In this document: piece after piece, positions 15,536-21,802 of the stretch | Position numbering within the stretch: position 1 is the stretch's first letter | How the letters are laid out: every line of letters begins with the position of its first letter | IMG/VR virus record: IMGVR_UViG_3300030495_000024 | Length of the DNA stretch: 21,802 nt | Strand: one strand, 5' to 3' | Source of the DNA: an uncultured virus (IMG/VR IMGVR_UViG_3300030495_000024) | Taxonomy: Duplodnaviria > Heunggongvirae > Uroviricota > Caudoviricetes | Made by a program: the position numbers and the translations under genes | The notes under the pieces: generated by a model | What the model was told of the DNA's origin: nothing | The model's input: only the letters and a program-made list of their open reading frames with translations | Database searches by the model: none

Positions 15536-15943
15536 ATGACCCCTCTCATCGATGCCCCGCTTCCCATCGCACCTCAGCAGGTCTTCGACGCCGTCGTCGC
15601 GCATGCGGCCGGCATGACCAGCAAATCGCTCTTCGATCCTAAGAGCCGCAGCTCTGCCTGCGCCTACAGGGCACCGGACGGGAACGCCTGCTTCGTCGGG
15701 TGCCTGCTCACCGATCGCGAGGCGGCCGGCTGCGACCGGCCCTACGATCCTCTCAGCGTCCGTGAACTCTACAGAGAGGGCCTCTTACCCGAACGCCTGA
15801 ACCCGCACCGGGATCTGCTGCATAAGCTTCAGGAGGTTCACGACAGTTACGACATACCCGACTGGCCGAGCCTGCTTCGTGAGGTAGCCGACGACTATAA
15901 CTTGTCGAGCACAGCGATCGACCAAGCTTTTTCGCACGCCTAA
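15536..15943 (+). CDS. Conserved phage hypothetical protein (135 aa)
   Basis: QQVFDAVVAH, CAYRAPDGNACFVGCLL and LQEVHD pattern recurrent in phage early genes. Confidence 0.8.
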   Translation: MTPLIDAPLPIAPQQVFDAVVAHAAGMTSKSLFDPKSRSSACAYRAPDGNACFVGCLLTDREAAGCDRPYDPLSVRELYREGLLPERLNPHRDLLHKLQEVHDSYDIPDWPSLLREVADDYNLSSTAIDQAFSHA

Positions 15944-15950
15944 AGCCCGA

Positions 15951-15965
15951 GGTACGTTCCGTACC
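15951..15965. promoter_or_regulatory. Palindrome family A site
   Basis: GGTACGTTCCGTACC, perfect arms. Confidence 0.85.
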
Positions 15966-15975
15966 ACTCACCTAA

Positions 15976-15990
15976 CCATATCGAATATGG
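15976..15990. promoter_or_regulatory. Palindrome family B site overlapping an RBS
   Basis: CCATATCGAATATGG; its last GG begins the GGAGG of gene 16001. Confidence 0.85.
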
Positions 15991-16000
15991 AGGACAGATC

Positions 16001-16228
16001 ATGGCGACCTTCGTTTTTACGCAGCAGCCACGTAGGAAGAACAGCAACGAGCCGCTGACCTACACGATCACCGAGGCCACTGCCGAGCGGTCTCACGCAG
16101 GCACGCTCAAGAAGACGAAGAACCGCTGGCGCCTGAACTGGCGCGGCGTCGCCGCCGACTTCGACACCAAGATCCAGCTCCGGCGCCACTTCGCGCTGCT
16201 GGGCCACACGGTCGAGGGGCTGGCATGA
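16001..16228 (+). CDS. Hypothetical basic protein (75 aa)
   Basis: GGAGG RBS; ATGA overlap with the next gene. Confidence 0.8.
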   Translation: MATFVFTQQPRRKNSNEPLTYTITEATAERSHAGTLKKTKNRWRLNWRGVAADFDTKIQLRRHFALLGHTVEGLA

Positions 16229-16485
16229 CGAAGTCATCGTCCCTCACCGAGATCCAGCGCATCAACGGCGCCGGTCTCGCCCGCGGCTGGCACGCTGAGA
16301 TGCTCCAGCGCGATGCAAATCAGGTCGGCCGCACCATGGCGACGATCCACAACGAGCGTGTGGCTGGCGCCGCTGCCTTCAGCGTGCCTGCCGAGGCAAT
16401 CGCGATCCGCGGCGGGCGCGTCCACTACCGCTTCCTCGACGGAAGCGAGACCAGCCACCCCTATGTGAAGCGGGAGCGTCCCTGA
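16225..16485 (+). CDS. Hypothetical protein (86 aa)
   Basis: GAGG RBS; overlapping start and stop on both sides. Confidence 0.75.
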   Translation: MTKSSSLTEIQRINGAGLARGWHAEMLQRDANQVGRTMATIHNERVAGAAAFSVPAEAIAIRGGRVHYRFLDGSETSHPYVKRERP

Positions 16486-16772
16486 TGGTCACGCCCACCA
16501 AGCTCCCGCGCTGGAAGCGCATCTCGGCCGAGCGCTATCAGGAGATGCGGGACATCCTCCCGCCGATCGACATCGCCGGTTCCGGCCGGTTCCTCGTCTC
16601 CGAGCCGATGAGCCATCGCAGGTGCCGGCGGCTCGACTTCGACTTCGTCTGCGCCGCCTACCAGGCCTTCGCCTGGATCGGGAACGAGCACTTCGAGTGC
16701 TGCGAGCCGCTCACCAGGTCCGAGCTGCGAGCCCTCGAGGTCGCTGAGATCCTGGAGAACGTCGATGCCTGA
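16485..16772 (+). CDS. Hypothetical protein, DUF1419-like (95 aa)
   Basis: ISAERYQEMRDILPP...FLVSEP motif; TGATG coupling. Family name from recall. Confidence 0.75.
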   Translation: MVTPTKLPRWKRISAERYQEMRDILPPIDIAGSGRFLVSEPMSHRRCRRLDFDFVCAAYQAFAWIGNEHFECCEPLTRSELRALEVAEILENVDA

Positions 16773-17172
16773 GTTCGTTCTCCAGGGTCGCGACGACCCG
16801 CGCTTCCAGGCGCTCGACAGCTTCACGCAGGCCTACATCGAGGCCGCGATCTTCACCGACGAGGAGCAGCTCGGCATCGACCAGCCCACCGCCGAGCTGC
16901 TGTCGGACCACACGTTCGCGGCCATAGTGGACGACTGCGCGCAGTTCCAGCGTTGGGCCAACCTCGATGCCGTTCCCGAGCATGCCCATGCCGGGCGCAC
17001 GGGCATCCACGAGCAAGCCGGTCACGACTTCTGGATGACCCGCAACGGGCACGGTGTCGGCTTCTGGGACGGCGACTGGATCGAGCCTCATGCCAACCGT
17101 CTCGACAACCTCTCCAAGAGGTTCGGCGAGTTCGATCTCTACCGGGGCGACGATGGCCAGATCCATCACTGA
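16765..17172 (+). CDS. Conserved phage hypothetical protein (135 aa)
   Basis: FTQAYIEAA and AGHDFWMTRNGHGVGFWD motifs; GGAG RBS. Confidence 0.85.
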   Translation: MPEFVLQGRDDPRFQALDSFTQAYIEAAIFTDEEQLGIDQPTAELLSDHTFAAIVDDCAQFQRWANLDAVPEHAHAGRTGIHEQAGHDFWMTRNGHGVGFWDGDWIEPHANRLDNLSKRFGEFDLYRGDDGQIHH

Positions 17173-17401
17173 GCACGAGGCCGGCGACCGCCTGCCCCTC
17201 GTCCGCGCGCTCACCGAGATCGCGTGGGTGAACCTGCAGGCATCCTGGGACGCACCGAGCCCGCGGGTCGAGGCCATCCTCCTCACCAAGTCGCGCACCG
17301 CCGACGAGGCCGCGCGCGGCGTCCTGTTCGATCGCCTGGACCAGCTTAGCCCCGCGCACCGAGAGCTGGTCGGCGCCTGCACCAAGGAGATCACCCCATG
17401 A
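17153..17401 (+). CDS. Hypothetical protein (82 aa)
   Basis: ATG 17153 (MARSITEH...); fills the gap; ATGA overlap with the next gene. Confidence 0.65.
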   Translation: MARSITEHEAGDRLPLVRALTEIAWVNLQASWDAPSPRVEAILLTKSRTADEAARGVLFDRLDQLSPAHRELVGACTKEITP

Positions 17402-17832
17402 TCACGCCCAGAGAGCATGAAGCGCTCGTCACCGTCCGCGATGCCTTGGCCGCCGGCGAGTTCCGGCACAGCCGCATCACCGAGGGGCCGGACGGGCCGA
17501 CATTCAACATGCGCAGCACCTGCCTCAGCGGTGACTGTGGCACGATCGCCTGCATCGGTGGCTGGATGGCCATCACGATGCTGGGTCTGGCGAGGGAGAA
17601 GCCTGTCTCCTACGAGAACCAGACCCAGGTCTTCGACTTCGTCACCGACTACGGCGACGGCGAACTCCTGCCTTCCAGCCCCTCCCTGAAGGTCCTCTTC
17701 TACCCGCCAGGGGCTCGCGAGGACGAAGAGTGGTGGGACTTCATCACTCCGGCCTACGCCGTCGAGGCGATCGACAACTTCCTCCGTGACGGCGACCCGC
17801 GCTGGGGCGCGATCCGCCGTCGCATCACCTGA
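17398..17832 (+). CDS. Conserved phage hypothetical protein (144 aa)
   Basis: AAGGAG RBS; FNM...CGTIACIGGW motif. Confidence 0.85.
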   Translation: MITPREHEALVTVRDALAAGEFRHSRITEGPDGPTFNMRSTCLSGDCGTIACIGGWMAITMLGLAREKPVSYENQTQVFDFVTDYGDGELLPSSPSLKVLFYPPGAREDEEWWDFITPAYAVEAIDNFLRDGDPRWGAIRRRIT

Positions 17833-17864
17833 ATTCCACACCGATAGCAGGTGGAGGCCACGTC

Positions 17865-18011
17865 GTGCCCACCCCGAAAGAGAAGGCGCTCGACGCCGCA
17901 CGCTGGCGCTACCTGCGAGCCGCAGGCGGCCTGAGCCCGCGCACAGAAGCATTCACCAAGGCCCTCAAGGCCTATTGGGCCGATCTGCGGAGTATTCGCA
18001 ATGATGGATGA
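17865..18011 (+). CDS. 48-aa protein with a DAARWRYLR motif (not in the ORF track)
   Basis: GGAGG RBS then GTG 17865: MPTPKEKALDAARWRYLRAAGGLSPRTEAFTKALKAYWADLRSIRNDG. Confidence 0.65.
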   Translation: MPTPKEKALDAARWRYLRAAGGLSPRTEAFTKALKAYWADLRSIRNDG

Positions 18012-18165
18012 CGAGCCCATCCGCTTCCGCAACTACTACCGCTGCGACGACTGCGACGTCGAGTGGTCCGACGACTGGTCCTGCTGCTGCGATGACGAAT
18101 GCCCGTCTTGCGGCCGGGACTACACACCGACCCATAGCGAAGATCTTGAAGAGGAAACCTTCTGA
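18001..18165 (+). CDS. 54-aa acidic Cys-rich probable metal-binding protein (not in the ORF track)
   Basis: MMDDEPIRFRNYYRCDDCDVEWSDDWSCCCDDECPSCGRDYTPTHSEDLEEETF: two CxxC pairs; GGAG upstream. Confidence 0.8.
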   Translation: MMDDEPIRFRNYYRCDDCDVEWSDDWSCCCDDECPSCGRDYTPTHSEDLEEETF

Positions 18166-18323
18166 TGTTCCGCATCGAGCACCGAGATCACACCAAGCGC
18201 TGGAAGCGGTTCACCCGCGACCCTCGCTTCAACACCGAGCGTGCGGCCTGGGACTACATCGCCACCCTCGACCCGGACGGCATCGTCGACACGCAGCTGT
18301 TCCGGGTCATGCCCATCGAGTGA
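18165..18323 (+). CDS. 52-aa hypothetical protein (not in the ORF track)
   Basis: TGATG overlap, GAGGA RBS: MFRIEHRDHTKRWKRFTRDPRFNTERAAWDYIATLDPDGIVDTQLFRVMPIE. Confidence 0.7.
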   Translation: MFRIEHRDHTKRWKRFTRDPRFNTERAAWDYIATLDPDGIVDTQLFRVMPIE

Positions 18324-18362
18324 CGCCTCGCCCCACGCAGCCGCCGGCTGCGCGAGATCCGT

Positions 18363-18377
18363 GGTTCATTTCGTACC
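18363..18377. promoter_or_regulatory. Degenerate palindrome family A site
   Basis: GGTTCATTTCGTACC directly followed by the AGGAG RBS of 18389. Confidence 0.6.
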
Positions 18378-18388
18378 AGGAGACCAAG

Positions 18389-18586
18389 ATGAGCAAGCCT
18401 ATCGACGCCCACTACACCTTCCTCGACGTGAAGGAGGGCCGCCAGGAGCTTCGGACACGGCTCCAGGCCGGCGAGGAGATCAACGTGATCCTCAAGGGCA
18501 AGCTCTCCCGAGATCCCGCCGCCTGCAACGACGACGGCGTCTCGATCGAGTTCACGGTCGAACTCGAGAGCGCCGAGGAGGTCTGA
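18389..18586 (+). CDS. Hypothetical protein (65 aa)
   Basis: AGGAG RBS, ATG 18389 (MSKPIDAHY...). Confidence 0.75.
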   Translation: MSKPIDAHYTFLDVKEGRQELRTRLQAGEEINVILKGKLSRDPAACNDDGVSIEFTVELESAEEV

Positions 18587-18650
18587 CCTCTCGTTCTGCA
18601 CCGCACCCAGACCGCGGTGCAGGCCCGGATGCCAGAAGTTCAACTTGGAG
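18582..18650 (+). repeat. Intergenic structured repeat, copy 1
   Basis: TCTGACCTCTCGTTCTGC-[ACCGCACCCAGACCGCGGT]-GCAGGCCCGGATGCCAGAAGTTCAACTTGGAG. Confidence 0.9.
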
Positions 18651-18658
18651 ATCTTGAT

Positions 18659-18961
18659 ATGAAAGCCAGCGACATCACCCGCGTGGCCGACCTGCTCGAT
18701 CAGCTCGCCCGTCATCGACGGAGCTTGCAAGGGCTCAGCCAGGTACCGCTCGCCACCAACGGCGTCCATCTCGCCTTCCGCTACGAAGTGCCCGTGGAGG
18801 GGATCACGAAGCCGGAAAGGCCGGAGAAGGTCGTCTGCCACACCGACTTCACGCCCGATGAGGTCGAGGGCTTCCGCAGCGAGGCCTCGCGCATCCTCAC
18901 CGACAGGATCGGGCGCGTCTCGGCCGAGCTGCGCACGCTCGGGGTCAACCCGGACCTCTGA
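18659..18961 (+). CDS. Hypothetical protein (100 aa)
   Basis: GGAG supplied by repeat copy 1; stop codon lies in repeat copy 2. Confidence 0.8.
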   Translation: MKASDITRVADLLDQLARHRRSLQGLSQVPLATNGVHLAFRYEVPVEGITKPERPEKVVCHTDFTPDEVEGFRSEASRILTDRIGRVSAELRTLGVNPDL

Positions 18962-19023
18962 CCTCTCGTTCTGCCCAGGTGCGGGACCTGGGCAGGCCCG
19001 GATGCCAGAAGTTCTACTTGGAG
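18957..19023 (+). repeat. Intergenic structured repeat, copy 2
   Basis: TCTGACCTCTCGTTCTGC-[CCAGGTGCGGGACCTGG]-GCAGGCCCGGATGCCAGAAGTTCTACTTGGAG. Confidence 0.9.
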
Positions 19024-19029
19024 GCGAAG

Positions 19030-19506
19030 ATGTCCGAGGAAATCGGCTACAGCATCACGATCGGCGGCAGCATCACGAAGGCGCAGTGGAAGCGCTTCTA
19101 CGTCAAGTTCCGCAACGGGGACTACGACTACCCCAACCTCGACCGTGATCCCGGCACCAACCGTCTCACCGACTGCGGCAGCTGCAGCTACGGAGACACC
19201 AGCGACCTGCGCGCGCTCTGTCGCGAGTGCGGCCTCGCCTACGAGGCTCAGGCCGACGCCAAGTACGAGTACGACGGGGAGTTCTTCTGCTGGTTCCCTG
19301 GCATGGCGGCCGAGATGGAAGCGTTCGGCACGCAGGACGGCCGCCCCGCGATCCTGATCGAGGATCTGGTCAAGGTGGCCAACGCTGGCACCGACTTCCG
19401 GGAGTTCGCGCGGGGCTTCGAGCCGCTCGTCCGGCCAGTCCCGCCGCTCCTGATCGGCGGCGAGCCCCTCACCGAGTCCAACGCCTCGTGCCTGCACGAC
19501 GACTGA
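19030..19506 (+). CDS. Hypothetical protein (158 aa)
   Basis: GGAGG RBS, ATG 19030 (MSEEIGYSITIGG...). Confidence 0.8.
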   Translation: MSEEIGYSITIGGSITKAQWKRFYVKFRNGDYDYPNLDRDPGTNRLTDCGSCSYGDTSDLRALCRECGLAYEAQADAKYEYDGEFFCWFPGMAAEMEAFGTQDGRPAILIEDLVKVANAGTDFREFARGFEPLVRPVPPLLIGGEPLTESNASCLHDD

Positions 19507-19525
19507 CAGGATCGGAGAACACCCC

Positions 19526-19975
19526 ATGACCAAGCGCACGTTCATCTGCACCGTCGAACTCGACACCGAGCAGCCGGTCGATCCGCTCTACCACCGGAAC
19601 GTGCCCAGCCTCGATCTGGGCGAGGACGCCATCTACACCCAGCTCAACGGCCTCCTGGACCACTCGCCCAACCTGCGGGTCTCGAGCGTCCGCGAGCAGA
19701 TCGGCATCAGCTGGCTCGCACACCTCGGCAAGGACCTGAGCCAGCCCGAGTACGACGCCGTGATCGCTGGCCTGCGGCTGCTTGCCTGCGGCCTCGAGGA
19801 CAAGATCGTCGAGCCGAACGACGGCGACATCGGGGACATGCTGACCTGCGGAGGCCAGCACACGGGCCTGACCAGCGACGAAATCCACGACCTCTGCGAC
19901 CGCCTTCTCACCGGCCCCGAGATCACGGCGGAGGAGCTTCTCTCCAAGCGTCGGATCCGCGAGACCATCGGCTAG
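19526..19975 (+). CDS. Hypothetical acidic protein (149 aa)
   Basis: GGAG RBS, GC3-rich codons. Confidence 0.8.
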   Translation: MTKRTFICTVELDTEQPVDPLYHRNVPSLDLGEDAIYTQLNGLLDHSPNLRVSSVREQIGISWLAHLGKDLSQPEYDAVIAGLRLLACGLEDKIVEPNDGDIGDMLTCGGQHTGLTSDEIHDLCDRLLTGPEITAEELLSKRRIRETIG

Positions 19976-20003
19976 CCCGGATGCCAGGATCGGAGACCAC
20001 ACC

Positions 20004-20264
20004 ATGTCCCACTCTCCGTGGATGATCCACACGCAGCGTCAGCGCGAGCACCTCAAGCACTACGGGGCGCAGCACCTCGACAAGCAGACCATCAGCCACA
20101 TGGCTCGAGAGGTACGCACGGACATCACGTTGACGGAAGAGTTCGTGCAGTCGCTCAAGCGCGCCGTGCCCGGCTCGGTAGATGACGTCATCGCCGAGTG
20201 CGAGCCTGAACTCGTCGAGGCCCGCGTATTTCTCGCAGAGTTAGAAGCACTGCTTGCCGCCTGA
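20004..20264 (+). CDS. Hypothetical protein (86 aa)
   Basis: GGAG RBS in a leader nearly identical to that of 19526. Confidence 0.75.
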   Translation: MSHSPWMIHTQRQREHLKHYGAQHLDKQTISHMAREVRTDITLTEEFVQSLKRAVPGSVDDVIAECEPELVEARVFLAELEALLAA

Positions 20265-20289
20265 CCTGCCCGAGGTCCGTCACCGCCAG

Positions 20290-20304
20290 CCATATCCGAT
20301 ATGG
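20290..20304. promoter_or_regulatory. Palindrome family B site overlapping an RBS
   Basis: CCATATCCGATATGG (reverse complement of the 11293 site), running into GGGAG before ATG 20315. Confidence 0.85.
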
Positions 20305-20314
20305 GAGCGCCGCC

Positions 20315-20788
20315 ATGGCCTTTCACAGCCACGTCTACAATCGAGCCGATCACGACGAGCGCTACCCGCTGGGCTTGCCCTGGTGCCACGAGGCCGGCGT
20401 CGAGCAGCACTTCTTCGCCACCGAGACCGAGGCCTGCGCTGCGCAGCGGGACTACCGGCGCTGGAACGGCCGGGACCCGGAGACTGGAGAGGTCCCCGAC
20501 CTTGTCGGGCAGCGGATGCGCGTCAAGCACGACCACAGTCTCGTTGGCCGTGTCTCAGAGCATGGCCGGGGGTACATCACGATCCAGGTTCATGACACGA
20601 ACCCGATCACCCGCACGTCCGACGCATTCGAGCCGGCGCCGCCCGACCCGCTCGTCGAGGCGCTGCGCCTCGTGTGCGAGCTGGCCGAGGGCAACGTCGC
20701 CGATGCCCGCGACGACGGGCGGGAGGAACACGACCGCCAGTGCGCCGCCCTCGACCTCGTGACGAAGCATCTGGAGGAGCTGTCGTGA
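20315..20788 (+). CDS. Hypothetical protein (157 aa)
   Basis: GGGAG RBS; GTGA overlap with the next gene. Confidence 0.8.
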   Translation: MAFHSHVYNRADHDERYPLGLPWCHEAGVEQHFFATETEACAAQRDYRRWNGRDPETGEVPDLVGQRMRVKHDHSLVGRVSEHGRGYITIQVHDTNPITRTSDAFEPAPPDPLVEALRLVCELAEGNVADARDDGREEHDRQCAALDLVTKHLEELS

Positions 20789-21363
20789 GCATCGCCAGCA
20801 AGATCGCCCACCACGCCGGCGCCATCGAACTGGCCGCCCAACGACTCGACAAGAGCGGCTTCCCCGCGCTCGCGGACGGCTGCACCAAGGCAGCGGCCTT
20901 CCTCCGCGCCGGTCTGGAGTTGGAGAGGCCCCGGATGCTGGAGGTCATCGAGAACCTTCGCCATCAGCTCGCTGCCTGGGTGGAGATCGCGGACGACGAG
21001 GACGACCGTCAAGAGGATCACGACGCCATCACGGCGGCCGATGCGATCCTGGCCGGTAAGACCCCGGCCATCGAGACGCCCCGGATGCTCGTGCTGAGCA
21101 CGGCGCACATCTCGGAGTCGACCAACGATATGTTCGACTTCAACACCGACGACGTGCCTCAGTTCTTCCCCAAGCACCCTTGGGGTTCGCCGAGTGAGGG
21201 GCTGGGCTGGCTGATCCCTATCGTCGGCAACGAGCCGTTCCCGCATACCTGCCCGGAGGATCTCCGTGCCATCCGCGCCCTGGCCGAGGCCAACGGCTGC
21301 ACGTGGATCATGCTCGACCGCGACGCCGATGTCGTAGATGGTCTACCGATCTACGAGTGGTAG
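20785..21363 (+). CDS. Protein with a C-terminal DUF5983-like domain (192 aa)
   Basis: GGAGG RBS then GTG 20785; LVLSTAHI...GW...PEDL...GCTWIMLDRDA...LPIYEW. Family name from recall. Confidence 0.8.
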   Translation: MSIASKIAHHAGAIELAAQRLDKSGFPALADGCTKAAAFLRAGLELERPRMLEVIENLRHQLAAWVEIADDEDDRQEDHDAITAADAILAGKTPAIETPRMLVLSTAHISESTNDMFDFNTDDVPQFFPKHPWGSPSEGLGWLIPIVGNEPFPHTCPEDLRAIRALAEANGCTWIMLDRDADVVDGLPIYEW

Positions 21364-21375
21364 GAGACGACGACG

Positions 21376-21591
21376 ATGCCTGAGCCCGAGACCGTATCCC
21401 TGAAGCCTGGCGACACCGTTCGCCTGGTGTCCGGTGGTCCGCTGATGACCACCGTTCCAGGGTACGTTTCTTTTCGGATGGACGGTGTCGTTCGGTGGTG
21501 CTGCGTCTGGCACGATGCAGCTGGTCATTATCATGAAGCCGATGTCCCGGAAGAGGCGCTCGTGAAGGAGGTCGTGAATGAGCAGACCTGA
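21376..21591 (+). CDS. YodC/DUF2158-family small protein (71 aa)
   Basis: LKPGDTVRLVSGGPLMT...CVW signature; AGGAG RBS. Confidence 0.85.
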   Translation: MPEPETVSLKPGDTVRLVSGGPLMTTVPGYVSFRMDGVVRWCCVWHDAAGHYHEADVPEEALVKEVVNEQT

Positions 21592-21802
21592 TCCGTTGAC
21601 CGCCTATGCTGCGACCAACGGTCACGACATTTTTCATGGGACAATCAGACTCTCGCGGAGCGAAGCCGAGCGAGCCTGGGCTCGCGATTTCGGCAACATC
21701 AGACCGGGCGACGACTCGGTATCGATGGAGATCCTCGATAGGATCTGGCGTGAGAATGCCGAGGCGCTCGGCATCTCGGTCATTCAGGTGACCATCACTT
21801 AG
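21578..21802 (+). CDS. Hypothetical protein (74 aa)
   Basis: AAGGAGG RBS; stop at the window end. Confidence 0.75.
   Translation: MSRPDPLTAYAATNGHDIFHGTIRLSRSEAERAWARDFGNIRPGDDSVSMEILDRIWRENAEALGISVIQVTIT

Larger units (their letters stand above)
1..21802. mobile_element. Part of a tailed bacteriophage genome, probably a phage-plasmid
   Basis: Terminase, portal candidate, phage/plasmid primase-helicase, a parA-RHH pair and a dense array of small phage-type ORFs. No host housekeeping genes and no integrase in the window. Confidence 0.9.

Noticed and set aside
13802..17952. Long ORFs 13802-15016 (+) and 16711-17952 (-)
   Set aside because: They overlap better-supported genes in other frames and have frame-shadow composition.
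18582..19023. CRISPR array or IS ends
   Set aside because: Only two full copies separated by a whole gene; no regular spacers, cas genes, transposase or target duplication.
21461..21475. Family A site GGTACGTTTCTTTTC
   Set aside because: Only a half-site, inside a coding region.
1..21802. tRNA/rRNA genes, integrase, CI-like repressor
   Set aside because: None recognisable by eye. A tRNAscan/Infernal run and the rest of the genome would be needed to exclude them.

Overview
GC-rich segment of a tailed-phage genome that also carries a plasmid-type partition cassette, so probably a phage-plasmid (plasmid prophage). The host is probably alphaproteobacterial, inferred from a GAAC-N7-GAAC SOS box, the Crp/Fnr gene and base composition. 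The left end (minus strand) holds packaging and head genes: a small ORF, a lambda gpA-type large terminase, a probable portal and the start of the next head gene. Transcribed divergently are a helical TerS candidate, a prim-pol/SF3 (D5/P4-type) primase-helicase and several small ORFs. Next come a type Ib parA plus ribbon-helix-helix gene, two AT-rich non-coding islands (about 11.04-11.26 kb and 12.79-13.13 kb) and a long plus-strand array of small early-type genes, interrupted by an inverted Crp/Fnr gene. The most striking unannotated structure is cis-acting. Three distinct 15-bp palindrome families occur: GGTACGnnnCGTACC (about 12 copies), CCATATCGnATATGG (8) and ACATTGCwGCAATGT (3). There is also a CTAG-rich repeat cluster (ori or cos candidate) and a duplicated intergenic element whose central hairpin differs in sequence but keeps its base pairing. 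All protein family calls come from motif recognition by eye, not database searches.
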